From assembly GCA_046565505.1 (NCBI GenBank), contig JBKHYJ010000050.1, positions 32,415 through 96,414 of the forward strand: 64,000 bases of DNA. The letters run 5' to 3'. The stretch's first letter is position 1. Each line of letters begins with the position of its first letter. The position numbers were made by a program, and so were the translations under genes. The stretch is from Blastocatellia bacterium (GTDB taxonomy: Bacteria; Acidobacteriota; Blastocatellia; UBA7656). The notes under the pieces are model-generated. The model saw only the letters and a list, made by a program, of their open reading frames with translations, was not told where the DNA came from and did no database searches. Below, one piece after another: positions 39,635 to 48,490 of the stretch.

Positions 39635-39717
39635 AGTTCGCGATAAGGTTAGGAATGATGACACAGGTGGACAACCATATTACTTTCCTGCCGCTTTAGT
39701 CGTGTAATGTTGAGGAG

Positions 39718-40047
39718 TCACCATAGTAGTTCTGAGGCCAAAGGGCCTTCACCCTGTAAGACATCTCCAACTTTTAAATCCGAAGGATGTCCTCTTCCGG
39801 CTTTCCGAAGCATAAGCTCAAATAACATCCTTCTGTATTCGAGTGCATCTTCAATGCACCATTGAGGGTTCTTTACAAGATCATGGATTATACGCAGAAG
39901 CGTCAATGAAAAGTAATACTCAAGGTTCTCTATGAGGTGGTGAAGATATGATACTGGCTCTCCGGCATGGAAAAGTAGATTTCTAGTTCTGTATATGCGA
40001 CGTACTTGAAATTCCGCTCTCTTTTTCGATTCTTCTAGTTGCTTCAC
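39718..40047 (-). pseudogene. C-terminal fragment of an Apea-like HEPN protein
   Basis: RIYRTRNLLFH R-x4-H motif; in-frame stop about 15 codons upstream. Confidence 0.6.
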
Positions 40048-40133
40048 CAGTTCAAGGCGCTTCTTTGCTTCCTGGATAAGACTACATCTTCAAGTAAGGT
40101 CCTCCCTTTCAGATTATGTCTTCCACGGTTGAA

Positions 40134-41315
40134 TTATTCTGGCACCTTTGGGCTTACTTTCCTTCCATCTTCTGTTCTCAAGTGCTCGCTGATTGTATCT
40201 TTTAGTTGGAATCTAAGGTCTTCCAGATTTTCAGGAGTATACATAATGGTACGTATATCTCTAATATCAAATGGAAGTGGGCTGTTATCTGCTGATAGTT
40301 GAATGACTGGTTTATTAAGCACATGGGCCAATCCTAGTTCGTAGAATACATTCGGATTCATTCCCGTCAAGTCAGCCACTACAAGACGGGCATACCGAAT
40401 ATCGTTAAATATCTGATTCATAATCCTGCCGGTTAACTTTACCTCATCAGCTCGAACAGGAATCAGTCCGTTATCGTATATGGCATCTTTTATTGCTATG
40501 TTCCACACATCTGGTCTAACAATCTCTGAACTGAAGGGCATAACAACAAAAACATAGTCTTCTTCGTATCGAGGAGCATGAGTGAGCTTAAAATAATCAA
40601 ACTCTGCAACAGTGAGAGGAATAGCTTTTCTCATGATCCCAAAATAGCCTTTATGTTGATCGTCAAAGATTGAAGAGGTCGTAACATCTACTGGCACCCT
40701 CTGACCATTCGAGTGGAGGCGCACTGTGTTGTAGCGGCAGTGTGATCTAGGCTTGGCTCTGAGTTCTCCTAGAATTTCATCAACCTCTTTACATAAATCA
40801 TCTGGCACCAAGAATTTTCTAATGTCTCTTCCACGTACCTCTTCTCGGTTGAACCCAAAGAGCTTTTCTGCCCCAGCGTTCCATAATACTACTCGACCTG
40901 ATGGATCGAGTATTCCGATTGCGTCCCAGGTAAGCTCAACAAACTTAGAGAAGTTAATCCACTCCCTTTCCTCCCTTAACGCCTCCGTTGCACGATTTAC
41001 TATCCTATAGAACCAAATGGCAGAAAAAAGGACTAATCCTTTGATTGATGTGACGAACCAAGGATGTCGCAAAAACTCTTCCAGAGGTTTGTGAACGACA
41101 CGCGCAATATTTACGATGGCCCAATATATCGAATCTATAACGAGGGTGGTAGCAACAATCCGAAAGGCCTTCTGAATTTGAGAATAACTTGTTGAGTCAA
41201 TAATTGGTTTCCGAGCTTTCAGCACCTCCCCAGTTCTGCTCCATACGACGAGCCAAAACACAACAAGTAGAATATAAACAATAATCTGGGCATATTCAGC
41301 AATAGTATATGACAT
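40134..41315 (-). CDS. Three TM helices + PAS + nucleoside 2-deoxyribosyltransferase-like (TIR/NDT) domain
   Basis: PAS DAI..LD..G....WNAGAEKLFG; FVVMPF, RAD, ADLTGMNPNVFYELG and LPFD motifs. Confidence 0.85.
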   Translation of the reverse strand: MSYTIAEYAQIIVYILLVVFWLVVWSRTGEVLKARKPIIDSTSYSQIQKAFRIVATTLVIDSIYWAIVNIARVVHKPLEEFLRHPWFVTSIKGLVLFSAIWFYRIVNRATEALREEREWINFSKFVELTWDAIGILDPSGRVVLWNAGAEKLFGFNREEVRGRDIRKFLVPDDLCKEVDEILGELRAKPRSHCRYNTVRLHSNGQRVPVDVTTSSIFDDQHKGYFGIMRKAIPLTVAEFDYFKLTHAPRYEEDYVFVVMPFSSEIVRPDVWNIAIKDAIYDNGLIPVRADEVKLTGRIMNQIFNDIRYARLVVADLTGMNPNVFYELGLAHVLNKPVIQLSADNSPLPFDIRDIRTIMYTPENLEDLRFQLKDTISEHLRTEDGRKVSPKVPE

Positions 41316-41394
41316 TCAGGATTTACTCTCCTTTTTCGAACATCAGTAATTTATGCGAAGCGGAGGGAGTTGATGAATCTACTAATACTCTTAA

Positions 41395-42033
41395 CTAAGG
41401 CTTGTGCAACCCTTTTTGTATAATGAATTCGCGACCTTTACCCACATCAATATTAATGGGCACTCCTTTATTGCATAGTGGGCAACCGTCTTCATCCCAA
41501 GTATCTAATGAAAGCTCAAGGAGGCTACATAGCTTTGGTGGATTGCCAACTTGATCAATGGTAACGTCGCCACGATTGCATAGAGCAGCAGCTCCTATTA
41601 CTATTCCACCATTGATACGAACAGCCTGGATCACCTCTTTAAGCGACGCACCTGTAGTTAGTACATCCTCAACAATGAGTACTCGTTTATCTTTAAGTAG
41701 TTGATCATAACCTCGACGAAAGATGAAGGATCCTTGCTCTCCTTTTTCAGCGTAAATAGCAAGTACAATATGGCCTTTCGTCGATAAGTGATAAGCAACC
41801 CATTGTGAAAGTATCACACCACCGATTGCTGGTGCCGCCACGATTTCTATCGCATCTTTAGTAAATTGCGCTGCAATTTCTTGGCAGAGTGAGGAAACCG
41901 CACGCGTATTGGGATAGATTGCATCTTTATTAATATACGTACTCCCATGCTTGCCTGATGTATATACAACATGTGTATCTCTGATTATGGCTTTATGTTG
42001 TTCTAAAACTCTTACTGCGTCTATATTTTTCAT
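41395..42033 (-). CDS. pyrE: Orotate PRTase-like protein (island copy)
   Basis: HVVYTSGKHGSTY, PAIGG, FRRGY, VEDVLTTGAS and CPLC. Confidence 0.8.
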   Translation of the reverse strand: MKNIDAVRVLEQHKAIIRDTHVVYTSGKHGSTYINKDAIYPNTRAVSSLCQEIAAQFTKDAIEIVAAPAIGGVILSQWVAYHLSTKGHIVLAIYAEKGEQGSFIFRRGYDQLLKDKRVLIVEDVLTTGASLKEVIQAVRINGGIVIGAAALCNRGDVTIDQVGNPPKLCSLLELSLDTWDEDGCPLCNKGVPINIDVGKGREFIIQKGLHKP

Positions 42034-42526
42034 ATTTCGTCCCTTTGAAACATTAATCTAGTTGACTATCAGAGTTATTTATTGGCCATTTCCTTAAATT
42101 ACCGTTAGGGATGACAAACCCTGAACGGTTACCTACAGATAGTTATAAATAGATTTATCCAACACCAGATTGTTCGTTAGGTGCGTTGACTGTAATGCTC
42201 AGCACCCCTTTTGTCAATTGAAACGCTTGGCCAGTAAGAGAATGTATTTATTAGGCCAGGATAGCGAAACACTCTGGCTGCCTTGCCCTAAATTCACTGC
42301 TATATAAGGAGTATTACTTATAAAAAGCAGGTTAGTATCTACTTTTCGGCATATTATAATCTGTTATAGTACAGTTGTTTTTAGCAAATCGCTCAAATAT
42401 GGTTTAAATGACTCTGTATAAGCAACAGAGTTAGACGCCACCTAACAAGCAGAGGCAGCGGAGCAATCGCCAATTGCGAATAGTAACAATTATACCCACA
42501 CCAAAAGCTGTTAGCCGCCCATCGAG

Positions 42527-42604
42527 CGCCCAACGCCCTGGCTTATATGCTCTTGTGATGTGACACTGATGTTTGTCGAGGAGGCGACGGCTGTGGTGAT
42601 GTAA
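42527..42604 (+). repeat. Diverged copy of 39561-39634 (3' end of the small Cys gene)
   Basis: Translates as RPTPWLICSCDVTLMFVEEATAVVM* versus RST-WLICSCGEVLMFVEDAAAVM*. Confidence 0.85.
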
Positions 42605-42629
42605 ATCTAGTCACCAGTTTAGTTTGAGC

Positions 42630-42735
42630 TTGACAGGAAATCTCTTTAGAGTATTATTAGGAGCTAAAGCTCCTAAAAGACCTAAAAGTTTTCATGGTCT
42701 TAAAGGTCTCATAGGAGTTTAAAGAGTTCTAGGCG
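42630..42735 (+). promoter_or_regulatory. Sigma70 promoter followed by a 9-bp periodic repeat array
   Basis: TTGACA-16-TATTAT, then CTAAAGCTC CTAAAAGAC CTAAAAGTT TTCATGGTC TTAAAGGTC TCATAGGAG TTTAAAGAG. Confidence 0.65.
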
Positions 42736-42807
42736 CTAGCGCTGTCGAAGTTTTTGGGGTGAGTACCGGGCTTCTTACACTAGTTGATAGCAGAGGAGGG
42801 TTGACGG

Positions 42808-43056
42808 TTGAAAGGGTCGAGAGGAAATGACAAAGTGGTAACAGCCAAAGACTTAGCCAAAGCCGCAAATGAACCATATAACACAATTGATTTTTGGACC
42901 GGAGAGGACTTATTAGTGTATACAAGAAAGGGTAGGAAACGCTTCTATCCCTTAGAGGTAAACCTGGAAAGGTGTAGTCGCATACGCGAATTACAAAATG
43001 AGGGCTATTCTCTCCCAAGCATCCGTAAAGAATTCTCTCGAAAAGGTGGGATATAA
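42808..43056 (+). CDS. Small MerR/Xis-like winged HTH protein
   Basis: TAKDLAK...TIDFWT..LL...RFY...IRELQNEGYSL; GGAGG RBS with TTG start. Confidence 0.8.
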   Translation: MKGSRGNDKVVTAKDLAKAANEPYNTIDFWTGEDLLVYTRKGRKRFYPLEVNLERCSRIRELQNEGYSLPSIRKEFSRKGGI

Positions 43057-43082
43057 TAAGTACAGGAATTGCTGATTAGAAG

Positions 43083-43556
43083 TTGTCATGTACTAAAGGA
43101 AAGCATAGAATGCAGCGCACGAATCACATAAACAATGTTACAGGTACGCGGGATATGAAAAGCCTTATGGCGACATGGGTTAGGCAAGCGAGCCAAGAAA
43201 TGAGTGCTGATACAGCATCGAGACTTATTCCTTTGAGACCACTCAAGCGACTGCAAAGAAGGCTAGAGAATTCTGTTAGTTCATCTATTGATAAGGAAGA
43301 TTTATATCTGGTTTTCTTTCTATCAGCTTTCATTCAAGATATTTTTTACAATTTAGCGGGTGAGGTTCCTTACTCTGAAAAAGTTGAGCAAGAAAAGCAA
43401 AAGATTTATAGCGAACTCATTCAAATCCTCTCTCAATTGGCAAATGCGCTAGAAAAAGGAAATTTTGAAGAAGAAAAGCTAGCCTGTGCTGACATGGTGT
43501 ACACCTATTTGAGTGGTGTAAAATTTATTGATTCAGCTTTAAAGGAGGAAGGCTAA
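43083..43556 (+). CDS. Hypothetical helical protein (start uncertain)
   Basis: ORF within the operon; TAATG overlap with the next gene. Confidence 0.65.
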   Translation: MSCTKGKHRMQRTNHINNVTGTRDMKSLMATWVRQASQEMSADTASRLIPLRPLKRLQRRLENSVSSSIDKEDLYLVFFLSAFIQDIFYNLAGEVPYSEKVEQEKQKIYSELIQILSQLANALEKGNFEEEKLACADMVYTYLSGVKFIDSALKEEG

Positions 43557-44251
43557 TGCAAGAAGAAAGATTCGTTCTTTTCGATGCTACAGTTGAAGAA
43601 GAACGCGCCCTGTTTTCAGAGTTTGCGCGCGCTTGCTTAAAGAATAGCCGCTATGACTTTGTTGGTGGGGGATCAGGTGGCAATTATGTGGACATAGATG
43701 AGTATGCTGCTGGAAGAGATTCAGATGATGTTTACAAAAGCGAAGAAGCCTTTAAGAGAGCAGAGCAGCTTGGTCGTTTCATTGCAAGCAAGATCAAGCT
43801 TTTGAAAGATAGTGGCATCGAAATAGATCGACTTGCTTTCATTGAGAGAGACAGTGGTCCTGTTGGAATGATAACTTACAAAGATTTCTTAGGAACAATT
43901 ACTAAATTGGAAACTTGCTCAATACGTCCCCGTAAAAGGCTTTTGGCATCTGCCGTAAAAGGACGCCCCTTACGGCAGCACGAAAAAGTCGTATTAATAA
44001 ATGATGTTGCAACTGATGGTGATGCCATCCTATCTGCCGCCGATAAGATTTGGCAACAGGGAGGAGTTGTTGCCTTTGCAATAGTTATGTTCGATAGGTG
44101 TGAAGGTGCTAGGGAGCATTTAGCGCAGTACGATATTGAGCTATATTCAATCTTTGATAAAGACAGCCTTATCAAAGAGGGTCACATTGAGAAAGACTCT
44201 AAACCGAACAACAATGTAGTGCAGTTCATTGGTGTGGCTACAACTCGGTAA
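43556..44251 (+). CDS. Divergent type I phosphoribosyltransferase (OPRT-like)
   Basis: PRPP loop VLINDVATDGDAI and FDRCEGA; AGGAGG RBS. Confidence 0.82.
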   Translation: MQEERFVLFDATVEEERALFSEFARACLKNSRYDFVGGGSGGNYVDIDEYAAGRDSDDVYKSEEAFKRAEQLGRFIASKIKLLKDSGIEIDRLAFIERDSGPVGMITYKDFLGTITKLETCSIRPRKRLLASAVKGRPLRQHEKVVLINDVATDGDAILSAADKIWQQGGVVAFAIVMFDRCEGAREHLAQYDIELYSIFDKDSLIKEGHIEKDSKPNNNVVQFIGVATTR

Positions 44252-44312
44252 TAATTAGACTATCCCTTCTAAGTGCGTATAGTTTCCCGTTAGTCTCCTT
44301 ATCAGGATAACT

Positions 44313-46049
44313 ATGACTGGGTCTGCCCCTACAATGCATATTCAGATTAGCGTCTTTGATCGAGTAATTGTTGCGCAAGACTTCGCTGCTCAAATTATCC
44401 GAACATACACGTTTGTAAATGTTGTAGACTCCGAAATCATTATTGACTGGACGCGTAAAGAAGAGTTTGACCCGCCCGTTAGGAATTTTCAATGTAGTAA
44501 TCCATCATCAGAGGTTCAAATTCTTCCGTTTCAAGGCGAAGAAACAGGAGAAGTGTCATGGATACTAGGTCCTCGTGCCTTACAGCCCGGTGATCAAATT
44601 ACTGTACAATTCTCTTTTGAACGCCACGAATTGTTTAAGGTATTGCCTCCATTGATCGGAACCTTTGAATATAGCTCTCTAGAACACGTGATATACTCTG
44701 TTGAGGTCATACCAGAACTTTCATGTTTATTTGAGTATTCGGAAATCCAAATCATACCAGATCCCATGGACGTAGGGAAATCCTCTTTTGTAGTCACTCA
44801 GGATGGCAGGCTCGTATCTGCTCCTAGAAGGCTTTCGGCCAATCGAGGTGGGGAATTCTCACTTCGGGTAACATCAAGCCCGCCCAGAATAGAAACGCTA
44901 CCTTTAATTCAAATTTTAGCAAACGAAGCAAAAAACTCAGGGATCTCCATTGCTGACCTAACTCTGATTATAGTTCCACATCTATTAACAGATTTTCTCT
45001 CGTTTGCAGATGCATTAGAAGCAATTGGTGTAAACCCTGAACGCACATTTATTGTGGGGATCCCCTACTCTTTAAAGCAGCATGTAGTTCTACATTTACT
45101 ACATCGCGGGTATAAATCTATTTGGGCGCCAACAGATTATCCCTTTATAGATAAAATTGATGAGGCGATTCAGGCTGCCGCGGCATCAGTAAAGTCTAAT
45201 GGTGGCCGGATTTTGATTATTGAAGATGGTGGTTATATTGTTCCAAGACTTCATACCCATTATCCTGAACTGATTGACTATGTAATAGGTGCTGTGGAAC
45301 AAACTGCTAATGGGATTTGGGCTTATCGAACTATTCTGTCTGAAAATAGAAGGATAAGAACAGTGAATGTGGCGGAATGCGACCTAAAGAAGAGAAGAGA
45401 AAGCCCACTCATCGGTGATGCGGTTTTCATGAATGTGAGTCGTCTTTTAGAGAAAGTACAATTAGGTCTTCGAGATAAACGAGTACTCATAGTAGGGTAT
45501 GGAGCAACAGGCTCTCGCGTAGCGGAAGTCTTTAGTAAGAATGGAGCCAAAGTTACGGTAATTGATAATAAGGAAGACAGGCGCGAAAAGGCTAAGCAAG
45601 ATAGCTATGACGTGGCGGATAATCTTGAGACTGCTATTAAGGGAAAGTTCCTTATCGTAGGATGCACAGGAGAAGAGATCATCGGAATGAATGCTTTACT
45701 AAGCGCAGATCATCAAACATATTTCGTTAATGCCTCTTCAAAACGGTTAGAAGTAAACCATAGAGATTTGCTTAACATCACAAGAGAAACAGAGCTTCTG
45801 CCTGGGTTTGGAACGAAGTACCATTTAATAAACGGGCGAGATATAACCATACTAGCGAACGGATTTCCTGTTAATTTTCATGGTAAGGCCGAGAGTGTTC
45901 CAGATAAAGAGCTTCAATTTATCTATGGTCTTTTGTTAGATAGTGCAGTTTATCTTGTAAAGACGCCAGATCTACCTGTTGGTATTATTGATGTACCAAA
46001 TGAAAATCAGGAACACATAGAAGAACTACATAACCATCTGCTTCCTTAG
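44313..46049 (+). CDS. Beta-rich N-terminal domain fused to an S-adenosylhomocysteine hydrolase-like NAD-binding enzyme
   Basis: PHLL, IEDGG, GAVEQTANG, VNVAECDLK, GYGATG and LANGFPVNF match the SAHH motifs in order. Confidence 0.8.
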   Translation: MTGSAPTMHIQISVFDRVIVAQDFAAQIIRTYTFVNVVDSEIIIDWTRKEEFDPPVRNFQCSNPSSEVQILPFQGEETGEVSWILGPRALQPGDQITVQFSFERHELFKVLPPLIGTFEYSSLEHVIYSVEVIPELSCLFEYSEIQIIPDPMDVGKSSFVVTQDGRLVSAPRRLSANRGGEFSLRVTSSPPRIETLPLIQILANEAKNSGISIADLTLIIVPHLLTDFLSFADALEAIGVNPERTFIVGIPYSLKQHVVLHLLHRGYKSIWAPTDYPFIDKIDEAIQAAAASVKSNGGRILIIEDGGYIVPRLHTHYPELIDYVIGAVEQTANGIWAYRTILSENRRIRTVNVAECDLKKRRESPLIGDAVFMNVSRLLEKVQLGLRDKRVLIVGYGATGSRVAEVFSKNGAKVTVIDNKEDRREKAKQDSYDVADNLETAIKGKFLIVGCTGEEIIGMNALLSADHQTYFVNASSKRLEVNHRDLLNITRETELLPGFGTKYHLINGRDITILANGFPVNFHGKAESVPDKELQFIYGLLLDSAVYLVKTPDLPVGIIDVPNENQEHIEELHNHLLP

Positions 46050-46063
46050 CAGAGATTCAAAGT

Positions 46064-47029
46064 ATGATTAAAACGGCTAATGAAATGTTTGCGGATAGAC
46101 TACTGAATGCTGTAGATAAGAAGCAGAGTAATGTAGTTGTCGGATTAGATCCTGACACTCAAAGGTTACCTAGGTTTTTGCTGGATAAGCACATGACCCT
46201 TCATGGCATGGGGTTGAAAGGATTTGCTTCTGCTGTTGCCGATTTTAACACCCAAATTATAGATGCAATACAAGACATCGCCGTAGCTGTAAAACCTCAA
46301 ATAGCATTCTACGAGGCATTAGGCATTCATGGACTTGAGGCATTAAGAAAAACTATTCGCTATGCACACTCGCGAGACTTGCTTGTTATTCAAGATGCCA
46401 AACGTGGAGATATTGGATCAACAGCCGAAGCATATGCTATTGCTCACATTGGCTTGCTTCCAATTAACAAACGAAAGAAAGTATCTATATTTGGGGCGGA
46501 TGCGGTTACTGTCAATCCTTTATTGGGTTCGGACAGCATAGAGCCATTCATAAAAAGAACTGAAAACAATGGCAGAGGAATCTTTGTTCTTGTGAAAACA
46601 TCCAATCCTTCTTCAAGTGAGCTACAGGATTTAGAAACCACATACAACGGTAAGCGTTGTCGGGTTTATGAAGTTATTGCTGAACTCGTTAATAGATGGG
46701 GTGAAAAATCTATGGGGAATCGAGGATACTCATCCGTAGGCGCTGTGGTTGGGGCTACATTTCCGGAACAAGCAAAGTTACTACGGGAACTTATGCCTCA
46801 GGTGATCTTTTTGGTCCCGGGCTATGGTGCTCAAGGTGCAAAGGTTAAAGATATTGTCGATTGCTTTAACAAAGATGGATACGGCGCAGTAATTAGTTCT
46901 TCGCGTGAGATTATATACGCATACCAGAAACTTTCAGTTAGTAACGACCTGGCAGAAAAGAACTTCGCTGAGGCCGCGCGCGAATCTGCATGTAAAATGC
47001 GCGATGGAATTCGATCTGCTCTTGCATGA
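46064..47029 (+). CDS. pyrF: Orotidine-5'-phosphate decarboxylase
   Basis: VGLDP, KPQIAFYE, DAKRGDIGST, KTSNP, GAVVGAT, PGYGAQG and SSR. Confidence 0.95.
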   Translation: MIKTANEMFADRLLNAVDKKQSNVVVGLDPDTQRLPRFLLDKHMTLHGMGLKGFASAVADFNTQIIDAIQDIAVAVKPQIAFYEALGIHGLEALRKTIRYAHSRDLLVIQDAKRGDIGSTAEAYAIAHIGLLPINKRKKVSIFGADAVTVNPLLGSDSIEPFIKRTENNGRGIFVLVKTSNPSSSELQDLETTYNGKRCRVYEVIAELVNRWGEKSMGNRGYSSVGAVVGATFPEQAKLLRELMPQVIFLVPGYGAQGAKVKDIVDCFNKDGYGAVISSSREIIYAYQKLSVSNDLAEKNFAEAARESACKMRDGIRSALA

Positions 47030-47105
47030 TTTCTTTCAGATCAAACCAATATTGCGAGATACAGCAAACATCGAGTCTAAGACTCGATAACTTTCCTGCA
47101 AGAAG

Positions 47106-47129
47106 CTGACAGCAGCCCTGACAGCAGCC
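47106..47129 (+). repeat. Putative integrase arm-binding sites, right
   Basis: CTGACAGCAGCC twice in tandem. Confidence 0.75.
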
Positions 47130-47220
47130 AGGATAAAAAGGAGTAACACGCAATGGACAAGGCGGCACTCAAGTTGTTGATTTATAGACACTGCAACACG
47201 TAGTGATACGCCTGCCTCGA

Positions 47221-47268
47221 AGTGGCACTCAAGAGGTCGTCGGTTCGAGCCCGACTAGCTCCACTTTA
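47221..47268 (+). repeat. att repeat, right (displaced 3' half of tRNA-Ala)
   Basis: 47/48 match to 20668-20715; the mismatch is in the T-loop (TTCGAGC versus TTCGATC). Confidence 0.95.
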
Positions 47269-47319
47269 GAATCAACCAGATACGGGCAGCCTTCGGGTTG
47301 CCTTTTCTATTTTGTGTGC

Positions 47320-47862
47320 CTATTGTGTGCCAACTTTCTTAAAGAGCATTGCTTCGAGCTTATGCGTAGAAGCCTTCTGCATTGATGGCAGAATGTGAGA
47401 GTAAACATCCATAGTCATTCTGATACTGGCATGACCTAAGCGTTCCGCAACCACCTTTGGGTTTTCATTTGCAGCTAGAAGTAAGGTTGCACAAGAATGT
47501 CTTAGATAATACAGCCTCAGTGACTCGGATAATCCAGCACGCTTGAGAATTGGCTTGAAGTGACGACGAACAATGTCTCGCTGCAATATAGGTCTCCCCA
47601 CACCTGTAGCGAAGACCAGATCATGGTCTTGATACTTCGGTCCCGCCTTTAACCTCTCTTCTAATTGCCTGCGCTTGTATTCAACAACGCTATAAACTAA
47701 CGAGCCAGGTATGGTGATGCTTCGCCTGCTTCTAGGTGTCTTAGGCTCGGTGAAGGACCAGCCGATTTTACTCCTCCAGATAACTACCCGCTGGACTGTG
47801 ACAATACCGTTCTGAAAATCAATACCTTTCCACTGTTTCCTGAGAGCCTTAGCACTTTTCAC
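47320..47862 (-). pseudogene. C-terminal remnant of a second tyrosine integrase
   Basis: PKT, LRHS, LGH and VYSH present, N-terminal half missing; own tandem TTGTGTGCC repeats at 47312-47331. Confidence 0.85.
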
Positions 47863-48086
47863 GTTGGGGACTCTCAGGGGGCGCAGAAAATAAAAACCCT
47901 ATGATTCAATGTCCACTACACGGTTGGCAAAAAGCCAACAAGCATATGGAGGAGAGAATCTTGATATGTGAGAAGTGTGACCAGGAGAACGAGTGGGCTC
48001 AGGGGACATAAAAATCCCTATAGGCCAGCCAACTGTATTGCCATATGAAAACAAACCTAAAACTTATCTACCGCGCAGGCGGAGAG

Positions 48087-48329
48087 TCACTGCTGGCACT
48101 GAATACAAGAAGTGCCGCAGGATTGAATGCATTGGTTAAATGCCCCGCAGCAGATCTCGTACGGGTTGTTATTCAAACACTCGTTGAATTGGTTGTTACA
48201 ACTGCGCAAGCAAAAACTATTGCAAGCGCGCGCCTCAGAGTGGCCCATACTGGAAAGTACAAGGAAGCCAACCATCAGCACTAGGGTGAGCAACCTAATT
48301 GTGAGATTTCGCGTACGGCACCTCCTCAA
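48087..48329 (-). CDS. Secreted Cys-rich peptide 1
   Basis: Signal peptide ending ARA; 10 Cys in the mature part with Cx3Cx6C...Cx6Cx3C. Confidence 0.62.
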   Translation of the reverse strand: MRRCRTRNLTIRLLTLVLMVGFLVLSSMGHSEARACNSFCLRSCNNQFNECLNNNPYEICCGAFNQCIQSCGTSCIQCQQ

Positions 48330-48490
48330 TGCGATATGTCGATTAACGATTAATGTAGTCCTAAATTCTAACCGTGTAAAGCAAATTTAGGTGATTGACA
48401 TTACATGAAGGCGAGGGGTAGATTGCGCCCCTTAAAAAAGGAAACCGGGCATAATGCGCGGTTTCCTGCTGTTTGAATGGTAGTCTTAAC

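Larger units (their letters stand above)
20668..47268. mobile_element. 26.6-kb genomic island integrated in tRNA-Ala(GGC)
   Basis: 48-bp direct repeat at both ends, adjacent integrase/Xis/Rep, arm-type repeats and a visible drop in GC content. Confidence 0.93.

Noticed and set aside
44313-46049. Housekeeping ahcY
   Set aside because: Extra N-terminal domain and substituted catalytic motifs
47203-47385. Second intact tRNA-Ala, or the 60-aa ORF over it
   Set aside because: Only the 3' half of the tRNA is present; the ORF, like 20548-20748, is a translation of tRNA sequence
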